Source: the human T2T-CHM13v2.0 reference genome, Homo sapiens. Taken from it: a stretch of DNA of 64,000 bases. The position numbers and the translations under genes were made by a program. The stretch lies in assembly GCF_009914755.1 (NCBI RefSeq), contig NC_060936.1. One strand, 5' to 3'. The notes under the pieces were generated by a model, which was given only the letters and a program-made list of their open reading frames with translations, made no database searches and had not been told where the DNA came from. Each line of letters begins with the position of its first letter. Positions within the stretch are counted from its first letter, which is position 1. Positions 43,401 to 56,611 of this stretch are shown one piece after another.

Positions 43401-46324
43401 GTGGTTTTTTTGAAAAAAATCTGTAAAATAGACCACTAGCAAGACTAATAAAAAAGAAAAGAGAGAAGATTCAAACAAACACAATCAGAAACAATAAGGG
43501 GGATACCACCATTGACTCCACAGAAATACAAACAACCATTAGGGAATACTGTAAACATCTTTATGCAAATAAACTGGAAAATCTAGAAGAAATGGATAAA
43601 TTCCTGGACACATACATTCTCCTAGGACTGAACCAGGAAGAAAGTGAATCCCTGAGTAGGTCAGTAACAAGCTCTGAAATTGAGGCAGTAAAAAATAGCC
43701 TATCAACCAAAAAAAGCCCTGTACCACATGGATTTACAGCTGTATTCTACCAGAAGAACAAAGAGAAGCTGGTATCATTTCTTCCGAAAGTATTCCTAAC
43801 AATTGAAAAGGAGGGACTCCTCTCTAACTCAAGCCAGCATCTTCCTGAAACCAAAACCTGGCAGAGATACAACTTCAGGCCAATATCCCTGATGAAAATC
43901 AATGCAAGCATACTCAATAAAACACTGGCAAACTGAATCCAGCAGTACATCAAAAAGCTTATTCACCACGATCAAGTTGGCTTCATCCCCGGGATGCAAG
44001 GCTGATTCAACATATACAAATCAATAAACACAATTCATCACATAAACAGAACTAAAGACAAAAACCACATGGTTATCTCAATAGACACAGAAATGGCCTT
44101 CAATAAAATTCAACATCCCTTCATGTTAAAAACTCTCAATGAACTAGGTATTGATGGAACATACAACAAAATAAGAGACATTTGTGACAAACCCACAGCC
44201 GATATCATACTGAATGGCCAAAAGCTGGAGGCATTCCTCTTGAAAACTGGCACAAGACAATGATGCCCTCTCTTATCACTCTTATTCAACATAGTGTTGG
44301 AAGTTCTGGCCAGAGCAATCAGGCAGGAGAAATAAATAAAGGGTATTCAAATAGGAAGACAGGAAGTCAAATTGTCTTTGTTTGCAGATGACATGCTCCT
44401 ATATCTAGAAAACCTCATCGACTCAGCCCAAAAGCTTCTTAAGCTGATAAGCAACTTCAGCAGAGTCTCAAGATACAAAATCAATGTGCAGAAGTCACAA
44501 GCATTCCTATACACTAACAACAAACAAGCAGAAAGCCGAATCATGAATGAACTCCTATTCACAATTGCCACAGAGAGAATAAAATACCTAGGAATATAGC
44601 TAACAAGGGAAGTAAAGGACCTCTTCAAGGAGAACTACAAACCATTGCTCAAAGAAATCAGAGAGGACACAAGCATATAGAAAAACATTCCATGCTCACG
44701 GATAGAAAGAAACAATATCGTGAAAATGGCCATACTGCCCAAAGTGATTTATAGATTTAATGCTATTCCCATTAAACTACCATTGACGTTCTTCACAGAA
44801 TTAGAAAAAACTATTTTAAAATTTATATGGAACCAATAAAGAGCCCAAATAGCCAAGACCATCCTAAGCAAAAAGGACAAAGCTGGAGGCATCATGCTAC
44901 CTGACTTCAAACTGTACTACAACGCTACAGTAACCAAAACAGCACAGTACTGGTACAAAAGCAGACACATAAACAAATGGAACAGAGTAGAGAACTCATA
45001 AATAAAACTGCACATCTACAAACATCTGATCTCCGATAAGCCTGACAAAAACAAGCAAAGGGGAAGGATTCACTATTTAATAGTGTTGGGAAAACTGGCT
45101 GGCCATATGCAGAAAATTGAAACTGGATCCCTTCCTTATGCCTTATGCAAAAATTAACTCAAGATGGATTAATGACTTAAATGTAAAATCCAAAAATATA
45201 AAAACCCTAGGAGAAAATCTCGCCAATACCATTCAGGACACAGGTGTGGGCAAAGGCTTTATGATGAAATCGCCAAAAGCAATAGCAACAGAAGCAAAAA
45301 TTGACAAATGAGATCAAATTAAACTAAAGATCTTCTGCACAGCAAACAAAACTATCATCAGAATGAACAGATACCTACAGAATGAGAGAAATGTTTTGCA
45401 ATCTATCCATCTGTCAATGGTCTACTATCCAGAATCTACAAGGAATTAAGCAAATTTACAAGACAAAAAAAACCACTAAAAAGTGGGCAAAGGATATGAA
45501 CAAACATTTCTCAAAAAGACATACATGCAGCCATGAAAAAAAAAGCTCAACCTCACTGATCATTAGAGAAATGCAAATGAAAACTACAGTGAGATACCAT
45601 CTTATGCCAGTCAGAATTGTGATTATTAAAAAGTCAAGAAACAGCAGATGCTGGCAAGGTTGTGGAGAAATAGGAATGCTTTTACGCTGTTGACGGGAAT
45701 TTAAATTAGTTCAACCGTTGTGGAAGACAGTGTGGTATTTCCTCAAAGATTTAGAATTGGAAATACCATTTGACCCAGCAATCCCATTAGTGGATATATA
45801 CCCAAAGGAATATAAGTCACTCTATTATAAAGATACATACAAGAGTATGTTCATTGCAGCACTGTTCAAAATAACAAAGACACGGACTCAACCCCAATGC
45901 CCATCAATGATAGACTGAATAAAGAAAATATGGTACATATACACCATGGAATACTATGCAACCATAAGAAGGAATGAGAAAATGTCCTTTGCAGGGACAT
46001 GGATGAAGCTGGAAGCCATTATCTTCAGCAAACTAATGCAGGAACAGAAAACCAAATATTGCATATTCTCACTCATAAGTGGGAGCTGAACAATGAGAAC
46101 ACATGGATACAGGGAGGGAACAACACTTACCGAGGCCTGTTGGGGGAGGGCAGGAGAGAAAGCACTAGGGAGAAGAGCTAATGCATCCTGGGCTTAATAC
46201 CTAAGTGATGGGTTGATAGGTGCAGCAAACCACCATGGCACACGTTTACCTATATAACAAACCTGCACATCCTGCATATGTACCCCAGAACTTAAATAAA
46301 TAAATAAATAATTATTAAAATAAA
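40428..46324 (+). mobile_element. Near-full-length L1PA (about L1PA8A-PA11) with 2.9-kb 5' inversion
   Basis: Minus strand 40428-43322 carries ORF2 endonuclease, ORF1 and part of the 5'UTR. Plus strand 43323-46324 carries ORF2 RT ([13 protein letters not shown]), 3'UTR and tail. TSD aaagaggtagac at 40416-40427 and 46325-46336. Confidence 0.95.
41451..42520 (-). pseudogene. Decayed L1 ORF1
   Basis: DLSAETLEARRVWGPI...ISYLAKLSFISEGEIKSFSDKQMLRDFITTR; the start codon position reads TTG; stops and frameshifts present. Confidence 0.88.
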
Positions 46325-46419
46325 AAAGAGGTAGACATGAGAGCCCAGAGGAAACAAGGCAGCTAACGTTCATAGGACATAGTTTGTGAAATGAGAGAGA
46401 AGCACAGAGACAAAATCAA

Positions 46420-47625
46420 ATTCAGAGCAAGGTATTTTACCAGGGACACAAAAGATCTTTTCATAATAATAAAAATGTCAGTTCATTAAGAGAATATAGA
46501 AATCATAAATTAGTCTATCCCTATTAATGAGTTTCAAAATACATGAAGCTAAAACTAATAGAAGTGCAAGGAGAAATAAACACATAATTATGTAGTCAAA
46601 GATTTTAATATTTGTATCTATTTTCAATCATTACTTTAACAGGACAAGAAGACAGAAAATCAGTAAGGATGTAGAAAACTTGAGCAACACAATCAACCAA
46701 CTTGACCTAGTTGATAATTACAGAACACTCAATCTAACAATAGCAAAATAAATATTGCTTTTTGAGTGCACATGAGCTATTTGCTAAGAGTGATCATATT
46801 CTGGCCTCAAGTAAAGTCTCAACAAAGTTAAAAAGATTCAAGTTGTAAACATCACGGTCTTTCCCTAGGAATAGAGCTTGCACACCACAGAATTGATGAA
46901 ATAGGTTAAAAGCACCCACAATCTTGATTCTGAAGACCACGTAGTCCAACTGTGCCACTACATGGATAAGAAGACTGAGGCCCAGAAAAAAGAGGCTTTC
47001 TTCCCAAGGTCACATACCAAGTGACTGTTACAGAACCTCATCTGAAATCCCCAGACTCTCAGGTCGGGGTTCATCCAGTCAGGGTTTGCTGCGTTGTTCT
47101 TTAATTTTCAACACATGCCTTCTGGAGAAGGCTTACAAACAACAGCAACAACTATGGTCTTTGACCTCAAATGGAATTTAAACAGAAATCAACAATAGAA
47201 AGATCTCATAAAAATCCACATTATCTGGAAACTAAATAAACCCTGGGTTAAAAAAGAAATCAAAAGGATAATTAGAAAGTATTTTGAACTGAATGAAAAT
47301 GTAAACACAATATATTGAAACTTGTAGAATGTCACTAAAGCAATACTCGTGGAACAAGTATTTTTGTCACCTATATGTATTGCCTATATTAGAAAAAGTA
47401 AAAGATTTTTAAATTTTAAAAGGCTTCAGCTTTCATTAAAGAAATGAACTAGAAAAAGAAGAGCAAATTAAATAAGCAGTAAGTAGAAGCAAGAAAATAA
47501 TGAAGATCAAAGTGGAAATCAATAAAAGAGGAATCCGAGAAACAATAGAGGAAAATCACTGAAACAAAAAGCCAGTTCATTAGGAAGATTAAGAAAATTG
47601 CTAACCCTCTAGTCAGACTAAGAAC
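46420..47625 (+). mobile_element. Old L1M ORF2 (endonuclease region) fragment, interrupted at 46863-47153
   Basis: ttcaaaatacatgaagc.aaaactaataga, gacagaaaatcagtaaggat.tagaa.acttga.caacac.atcaaccaacttgacct. Confidence 0.8.
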
Positions 47626-47791
47626 AAGTTATATTTTGACCAATTCCATTCCAAAATATAAATCAGCCTCAGACACATACACAAAAAAGAAATATAATTA
47701 TTTTAAGTTTGTGAATTTAAAATATCCTAAAATTTCTATCTGTGAACAATTTGTGGTGAATTCATAGCATCTGAACTTTCTTGCTTATTAT

Positions 47792-47980
47792 TGGTGTTGC
47801 CATATTTATCAAAGAAAATTAGAGAATGTTCAGCTAAATTTGAAGTTCAGATAAACAGCAAACATTTTATTACTAAAAACATGTCCCACGCAGTATTTAA
47901 AAATACCTATACTTAAAAAGATGTTGTTTACCTGAAGCTCCAGTTTCATGAGATGGCCTGCATTTTATCTGGCTACCCTA
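47792..47980. mobile_element. MER53 hAT-type MITE
   Basis: gttgcca.attta.caaa...taaatttgaa.ttcagataaaca ... ttttatctggc.acccta; 8-bp TSD cttattat / cttaggat. Confidence 0.85.
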
Positions 47981-48849
47981 CTTAGGATGTGTTTGGCTGG
48001 CTGACAGGTTGATTGCTGCTGAGTTCTTATGAGTCTCTAGATGTCTGAGCAACACCAATGTGTACAATAACCACTCTAAACTATGACTTAGGCTTACACA
48101 TTTCCACTACCCATGAGTGGCAAGGATAACGTATCATTAGTTCTTCTTCAATGACATAATATCTAATATATGCTACTTATCTTTTACTGATTTATAACTC
48201 ACTAAATCTTATTGGAAGAGTGAGACAATAAAAGTCATCAGTTCAAGGGATTCATGTAAGGAAATAAAGTTTAGTGAAATAGAAATTTAAAGAATTTTTC
48301 ATAGATTTTGATGCCCAATATTATTTATCTCTGACTCATTGTATACTTATGAAAAATATATTCATTATGTGAGCAGATTAGGAAAATGTCATAACAGTAT
48401 TCAGTCAGGGAAAATAATCATAAAAAGTGATGTCTGATTTCCCTTCTTATTCAAACTTCCAAGATCAACAGAATGTGAAGACATATTCCATGAAGCATCT
48501 ATTGTTATGGCATTATACATTATTAAATATTTGCAAACTACATATTTAATAATAGAGAATTATTAGTGTATTATATGATTCTGTCACACCATGATATGAT
48601 AAACAATAATTAAAATTGTATTTTCAAAGAATACATAAATGTATGGTAAAAGTACATTATCTCTTATTAGGTGACATAGAGTAAACTACAGTATGAATAG
48701 GATTAACAGTATGATCTTAATTATGTAAAAACACGGATATGCATATAGAATATGTGAATGTAAATATGCATACATTATATAAAATATTACATTCAAACAT
48801 GTAGGTGGTGTGCATACATGTGGTGAGAGACAATCCTCCTTGAATATCT

Positions 48850-49410
48850 TACATTTCTGCATGATCTGGTTCCCCTGAGCCAAAAGAACTGACAATCTTT
48901 TTAAAAAAATGTTTGTTATTAAAAGATTCTTGGAAACTAGAGATAGTTTTTTCTTCTGCATCAGAGGGCAGAGGAATGTAATAAAGATAGAGTATGCTTC
49001 CCATGCCCCTGACGTTCTATGACATTTAGTCTTCCTCTTCTGCTTCAAAAAGAATTGCTTACAATCTGAAGTAAAGCTAAGATCACTCTTTCTCTAGGGA
49101 AGGAAAGTTGAGCAGGTCATCAGCAACCCTATACTAGATCAAAGTGTCCTAATTTGGGAGTACCTCTACGGGAGTACAGCTCTCTGCATGCACAGGTACA
49201 ATCTGGCCATTATTACATGCCCTTGTGGTGAATGGGGTTTGATAAACTGAAGAGACTGCTTTGGCTTCTGTTTCTACCATAAGTAATAAACAGTCTTTGT
49301 CTCCAACCAAGGGCCCTAGTGTTTCCTGTCAATATGTATAAATAAAATTGTGGCAGGCTAACTTTTTATCTTGTAAGTAGGATAAAATCTCATCTCACAG
49401 TTTCTGATAT
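48850..49410 (+). mobile_element. ERV LTR (MER90-like, family uncertain)
   Basis: agtaataaa poly(A) signal; terminus tgtggcaggctaactt....cttgtaagtagg.taaaatctca...cacagtt. Confidence 0.5.
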
Positions 49411-49431
49411 AACAATTTGTTTATAATATGA

Positions 49432-49830
49432 GTGTATTAGTCATTTTTGTAGAGTATCAACTGCTCAAAATCTCAGTGACTTATTCCTTAACACACTATA
49501 TGTCAACATCTGTGAGTAGCTGGTGCTTCCCCCTTCTATATGTCTTCCTACTCTGCATCTACAGCAAAGGAAAAGGCTCTATATGAGACATGTTGGTCTT
49601 GTGGCAGGGAGAAAACAGATGGTAGAGACATACAATGGCTCTTAAGGCTGGATGTGTTAGGTGTAGGTATGTCCCCATGCCACTGGACAAACCAAGGTTC
49701 ATGGACAAACACATCAATGGGATGGAGATGTATATGTATTGCACATGAGGTATAGCAAGTCAAGGGTCAATAAATCTTTTTACAGGAAGAAAGAATGTGT
49801 ATTTGGGAAGAATAACACAAACTACATATT
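49432..49830 (-). mobile_element. Old MLT1 LTR remnant
   Basis: tgtattagtc...aaaatctcagtgactta, tggctcttaaggct. Confidence 0.45.
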
Positions 49831-49983
49831 TCATTTTTGCCATATTTTGAATCAAAATTCACATATATAAACATACTCAAATAATTTTATAGGAAAATTA
49901 CTAACATGAAATACAGAAAAATATTAACAGCTGTTTTCCTTTTGATGGGAAATTATTATTGACAAGTATTTTTCTACTTTGAA

Positions 49984-50156
49984 TATTTTATATATTAGTT
50001 TTATATAATGCACATATTTTGTTATATATATTTTATATATTAGTTATATATTGTTATATATAATGCACATATTTTGTTATATATATTTTATATATTAGTT
50101 ATATATTGTTATATATATTTTATATATTAGTTTTATATAATGCACATATTTTGTTA
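49984..50156. repeat. AT-rich compound minisatellite
   Basis: Four copies of tattttatatattagtt interleaved with three copies of atataatgcacatattttgtta. Confidence 0.9.
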
Positions 50157-51849
50157 AATGCTTTTTAAACAATGTCATCATTTAACAGATTTCAAGATAT
50201 TTTTGATTAGAAATAACATTTGAAATTTTATATTTTACTGACCATAGAGTGAGAGCCAAGGTAAATATTGACTCTCGCTTTGGGTCAATAAATTCTGATC
50301 CATTGCTCAAGAGAAGTCAATATCTACTTTATTGTTTCTCTAGACTCCAAATAGGAACTTTGATAGATGTCTTTAAATTTTCTCTCAAGTTTCTGATGGG
50401 ATGTGTTTAGCAACTACTATAGCTGCTGAAAAGTTGTGCAGTTAATCATTAGATAGATCCTCCTATCTTGAAAATAAATGAACCAATAATTAGTAAAGAG
50501 ATGAACTGCTCCACTTTCTTCTTCAATCACATATCAGTGTATGAAAATAAACTAATGCACAAGAGGAAATTAACCATTCTAAAGGTTTTTATTACTAGAA
50601 TCTAACATTCTAATGATTTCCTGAAATCTAATAGACATAAATTATTCCAATATTATTTTTATTTTTATCTTATTTGATTAATGTAGCTACCAAGAGTTTC
50701 TCTGTGATGATAGGGCATTAGATAAAAGTAAATACATATAGTATATCTGACTCTTCTGATTCCAAAATTGTTCATCAAAAAAACATGCACACACACACAC
50801 AAAGACAATTTGGGATAGGTAGAATTATTTTTTCTTAGGAACACTCTTACAAAGTAGTTCACAGATATCACAGACTAAAATTGTAAAAAATGGTTTTGAA
50901 GCTTATAGTGATTATTTTGATGTTTATTATTTCAACAGTTATCATTTATTTGTTTAGAAAACAACTTGAGGTTGCTTGAGGGGGAGTTACTAAAACTCAA
51001 TTTAAGTTACCTTGAAGATATTAATTGTCATATTATTGGTTACTCTTAAACCTAAAAAAAGTTTTTTCATAAACAATTTCATTAAGAAACAATAATGTTT
51101 CCATTTAGTAGGATTTTAAAATTAATTAGATTGCTTAAATTAATTGTTTAAGTGTTTTAAACTTGCTTATTTGCACAAGTTTTAAAATTTTTTATTTAGA
51201 TAATTTTCATTGCCTACTGGTGCAATGACCTATAGTTGGTTTTGTTATCATTAGGTTAGGCAAGTTACTGAACATAGGAATTAGAAGGTTGACTATCATG
51301 AGAACACATGGTACTGATAGCCAGTGAGAATAAGTTACATTGAGAATAACTAACATGCAGTGTATGCCTGTAACACAAAACATATGCCAGGTTGAACTCT
51401 GATTTTAGGCCTTACTATCGGCTGCATTCCTCTGCCTCAAACATGCCTGTTCTTATCCGAGGTAACACCTACTGAGTTTCCTGGATTTAGCTCAAACATA
51501 AGGTCTTCCAGGATCCTGTGACTGACAAATTCCCTTTCACAATGGATCCCCAGTGCCCTTTCTAAGTGTTACTATGTCTTCACTTAGCTCATGTACTTCT
51601 ATTTATCAAACATTTTTCATACTCATTGTAATTGGATTCTTACTGATTGTTAATTTTTCTGCTAGTCCATCAAGAATAAAAGCTCTATGTGGAACATAAC
51701 TGGATAATATTTGTCTTTCCATTTAAATATTTAAACTTTGCCTTTAACAAGATGACTTGTCAATATGTGATAGTTGAATGTCAGTCAAATGATACAAGTT
51801 GTACTTCAAGGTTAAAAGGCAATGTAGATCAGAGGTTATAAACAAAAGT

Positions 51850-52070
51850 AATATAGGCTGCCTAGATTTGACTCCCAAATCTGCTCATTGTTAGTCATGT
51901 GACCTTGGGCCAGTTGTTTAATATTTCTGTGTCTTAGTTTCTACATCTATAAAATAACAATTTATATTATTAGAATGTTACAAAGATTATACGTGTTAAC
52001 ATGTGTAAAGCACCTAAATCATTTCATGAAACATAATGTTTTCTAATGTATGGATGCATTTACTATTCTT
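51850..52070 (+). mobile_element. MIR SINE
   Basis: tgtgaccttgggc.agtt..ttaa..tttctgtgtcttagtttc..catctataaaat. Confidence 0.75.
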
Positions 52071-53034
52071 ATGTTAAAATTTTTATAATCCAAAAAGATA
52101 AGATTGAACTTGCAAATATTCCAACTCATGTCAAACATGGGACACAAAATGAATCTAATTTCTGAAACATCATGTTGGTGACTATATTCAGCATTTATAT
52201 TATTATCTTTCTGAATGGTTTCCTGCCTGGCTCATATTTACCAGAGTAATGATACTTATACAACTGAAAATGCACACTAAAATAACCAACTTATTTGGTA
52301 AATACTTCCAGAATGCCCATATACATCAATTGCTCTTGTATACCTCGAGGATAGAAGGGTGAACAAAGAAGTTTCATACTCTAATGGAGCTTACATTCTA
52401 GTAAGAGAACATTAAACAACAGAAATAAGTAAATATTTCAGAAAATATCAGATAGTGGTAAGTGCTTTGTAGAAAATTAAAATACACTAATGAGATAGAG
52501 ATCATTCATGTGGCTACAATAGTTTGAGATATCAGGGAAGGATTCTGTGGTAAACTGACATTTAACAAAGATCTGAATGGCAAGAAGGAGCCACCTTTCC
52601 AAAGTCAAATAGAAGTGTATTCTATGCAGAGAATAGTTTTGTGAAGACCTAAATCTGGGAAGAAGCTTGTGATAGTCAATGAACCAAAAGAATTCCAGTA
52701 ATTTTGGAACACAATAATTAAGGGAGAGAGTGGTTCAGTGTGAATTCTGAACATTTAGCAGGAGCCAGGATATGTGTGGATTTTAAGTCTGTAGAGTATG
52801 ACACAACATTAAACCATTAGTTACATTATAGTGTGGAAAACAGAAGTCAAACAGAGAAGCAGGAGGATGACTGAAGTGACTTCTTACCATGATCTTGCTA
52901 AACAATCTTGGTGACCTGAATTAAAATAACTGTAGTTGGAATGATAAGAAGTACATGGATATATACTGGAGGTGGGTCTACATGACTTATTTATTGGTTG
53001 GAAATGAAAAGAGAGTAAACAAACATAATCGCAG

Positions 53035-53395
53035 TGTATTAGTCCATTCTTTCCTGCTAATAAAGACATACCAGAGACTGGATAATTCATAAAGAAAAAG
53101 GGGTTTAGTGGACTCACAGTTCCACATGGCTGGGGAGGCCTTGCAATCATGGCAGAAGAGCAAGAAATGTCTTACCTGGCAGCAGGCAAGAAGAGAATGA
53201 GAGCCAAGCAAAAGGGGAAACCCGTTATAAAATCATTAGATCTCCTGAGACTTTTTCACTACCATGAGAACAGTATGGGGGAAACACTCCCCATGATTCA
53301 TTTATCTCCTACCGGGTCCCTCCCACAAGATGTGGGAATTATGGGAGCTACAATTCAAGATAAGATTTGGGTGGAGACAGAGCCAAACCATATCA
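53035..53395 (-). mobile_element. THE1 (B/C-like) solo LTR
   Basis: tgtattagtccattct ... agccaaaccatatca; complete, about 360 bp. Confidence 0.93.
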
Positions 53396-53498
53396 CATGG
53401 TTAGAATGATGATTTTTGGTTTAAGCTAAAACATAGACTGTGGTATCCTTACTGAATTGGGAGGCTGAGGCAGAAGCAAATTTGAAAACTAAAGGTAA

Positions 53499-53611
53499 TG
53501 GGTGCAGCACACCAACATGGCACATGTATACATATGTAACAAACCTGCACATTGTTCACATGTACCCTAGAACTTAAAGTATAATAAAAATATATATATT
53601 AAAAAAAAAAA
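53499..53611 (+). mobile_element. Extremely 5'-truncated L1PA (3' terminal ~113 bp)
   Basis: tgggtgcagcacaccaacatggcacatgtatac...cttaaagtataat plus A tail; perfect 15-bp TSD gaaaactaaaggtaa at 53484-53498 and 53612-53626. Confidence 0.93.
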
Positions 53612-56611
53612 GAAAACTAAAGGTAAAAGCTCCCTTTTGGTTACATTAAGTTTGAGCTACTTAGTATGCATCCTTGCAGAGATGGCATAGACAGCTAGAT
53701 GATGAGGCTAGAATTCTGATGAGAGCTCAGGGCTTAAAATTCAGATTTGGGAATCAGATCAAGTCTTAATATTCAGAAATGGGAGTTATCAACATACTAC
53801 TTCGGTACCTAAGCTGTTGTTCCTTTATTCTGTTAAAAAGAATGTTATTCATATCTAATTTATTTCAAGTCTTTGTTTTAATTTCATATAAATGTAGGCT
53901 TGTTCCTGGTATCTAAGAGAGTTAATATAATATCAAACATTGCTCTCCTTTTATAATTCGAGTACCTTACATCAAAGCAAGTATACTTCAATTTGAGATA
54001 TTTTTTCACTATGACATTTTATCAATAGTCATCTAACAACTAAGCATTTTCAGATATGAGAAGGAAATAGATAATTCTAAAGTTACCTGTGACAGGTACT
54101 GTATTAAAATGATTAATGAGCTCATCCTGTTTTCAGTTCATCACGAGCTTCAATTCATCATTGTGGATTGCCATTAAGATTACTAAAAATTCTACAGAAG
54201 AATGCTTATATGTAAGCTCAACGATCAACTCTAGTCTTGCAGGTGCATCATTTGAAATATGATTTCACTATACTGAGAAAATGCCTAATTTATTTTTCAT
54301 GTACTCTCAAAATTAGATAATAGGCTATCTAAGACTCCTTTTCTGATCAGAGTCCCAAATAAAGATGCACTTTCTCCAAATCCAGAAGTAAAAGAATGGC
54401 CTATTTCAATATAATTTAAGTTGCTGGTTTGCAATAAAAATGAGACTGGCATTTGAGCTAATCACATTTTTCTCCATATATTATTCATTTGGCAATTATT
54501 GCCATCATCTACAGATTCTTGAGGAAGAAATATAGAAAAACATGTTGGGAGAGAATTGGAAAGGAGGAGGCATTTTGAAATACAAAATTAAAGAAAAAGA
54601 AAAAGTTGAGGATGTGTGGTGGTACAAAGGAATAAGAGGTAATTTTTAGGTAGTTATTTCTGAGGGAAGTTTTTGGAGGAGTGGATGGGCACTGCATCAG
54701 GGTGCTTAGGAAAGACAGAGAGCTGAGTAAGAATTTAGCATTAGGAAAAATAGAAAAAACAAAACAATCTTTAAAAAGTCTTTCTGGTACTCTCCAACCA
54801 TTGCATAACAAATAATATTTACATATAAATTTCTTGGGCTTTAAAATGTGTTTGGGAGATTTACTTAAAGTGTACTATGTTGCCTCACCTAGTGAACTCA
54901 TTTGCTACTACCCAATTGGGTAGCAATCATAGAACTTGCCCACGTCAGGTGGGGCAAAATGATCCATGTTTTTGAGACATGTAATTTAACTTCATTCTTA
55001 TATTTGACTAAAAAAAAAAAAGATGGTACTTATGAATTAAAGGCAGTGTAAAATGAATACTTTTACTGGGTTAGCATTACCATTCTCACTTTCCAAGAAC
55101 TTACGAGTTCTGTTTCTATGTGCCCCACCACTTGTTTGACACTTGTTTGGTGTCTTTCAAACAGGAACACCACACTCACTCACTATGCCATATATTGGAC
55201 AGTTACACTTAAGTGGCAAAATATTTTCCGTTTTGACTCTCCTGATTATGTTCCTGTTGAAGCAGTTTAAAATGTGATAATCTTAGAAAGAAATACTTTG
55301 TTTTCTATAATTGCCTTTAGAGAAATACCCTTTTTCATGATAGTATCACTCTATGCATTAGAAACTAAATCTGTTTGCTTCATGAGAACAGTGGTAAGGA
55401 TAGCAAAGGGGTATAAAAATTAACTGCTAGTTTCTAAGCAATAACACTAATACCACAATGAAACTCAAACTGTTAGATTTTGGCAACTAATTTGACAGTT
55501 ACCAGCAAGTGATCCTCATTTTTCCTGACATCCCATTTCTGTCTCTGTTCCTATCACCTACCACTGTGAATTTATAATTGCTAACAAAGCATTGCAGTAC
55601 ATTTGCCAGATTTAAATGGATTTCATGGCACGCTATGCAATTACATGCCCTTTTTTCAAAGGCTAAATGTGTGTCATCTCCACAAGTCACCACATGGCAA
55701 CAGACGGCAATATTTGAATGATTGGTCTACTAAGTTAGTGAAGAGTGCCATTCTGCTCTCAGATACTTCTGCTTAGACTGGGGAAATTAGTCTACAATGG
55801 GAAAGAAATAAAGGACTTTCATTCTGTCCATTTAATTTTCTACTAGAGTTGCAACAAGTCATACAATTCTTTTGAGTGTAATGAAGACGGACAACAATAA
55901 CCTGATTTTAGGGGCTAGTCATATAAACACTCTCTTACATCTCTTAATTTATAACATAACATATTAGGACTTCAAAGTTCCCTTTATAGATACCATGTTC
56001 TAGTTGTTCCATATTAAAGGTTAAGGAGTCCCATGTATCTGCCAGAAGAGAATCAGTAAGAGCTTCAGCAATAGACAGGTGTTGCAGTAACCAAAAAAAT
56101 TTTAGAGCTAAAAGTGTATAGAGAAGCTTACATCAGACCTCATTCAATTATTTGTACATAAAACCTTACAAGTAGGGCCAGAGATCAGAGCTTGGGACAA
56201 TGTGTCAAAACCAGTTTCCTGATTTGCTCTTCTCTTAGGCAGTAACATTTCCTTGTTCATTATTTGAGGGTTCATCAGAGCCACAAATTGAAGTGTTATT
56301 ACTTGCATACATTACTCTCAAATTGACTTTGATGTTAAGCTGGGACTTCTCATGCCATTATCATTGCCAGAAAAAAGGTCAAATTTCTTCCTCCATTCAT
56401 CCCCAGGGAAGTAACACAAAATAGAAACACTCACAGCTAGCTAGGCACAAGCAACCCTGCTGGTCCTTGATGGTCCCTGACTGTGGATCACCAGCTGCTT
56501 GAAAATATGTATAGAGAAATTACCCTCTTTTGCTTTTTCTTCAACCTTGGAAATGTAGCTATAGAGTAACCCTAGTACATAGTTCCAATTTATACCAGTA
56601 AGAACATAATG

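Larger units (their letters stand above)
52340..53760 (-). mobile_element. L2 fragment interrupted by THE1 and L1 insertions
   Basis: atggagcttacattctagt, atcagatagtggtaagtgct, gacatttaa.caaagatctgaatg, ttttgg..acattaagtttgag. Confidence 0.65.

Noticed and set aside
49984-50156. CRISPR-like repeat array
   Set aside because: No unique spacers and a eukaryotic context; it is an AT minisatellite.
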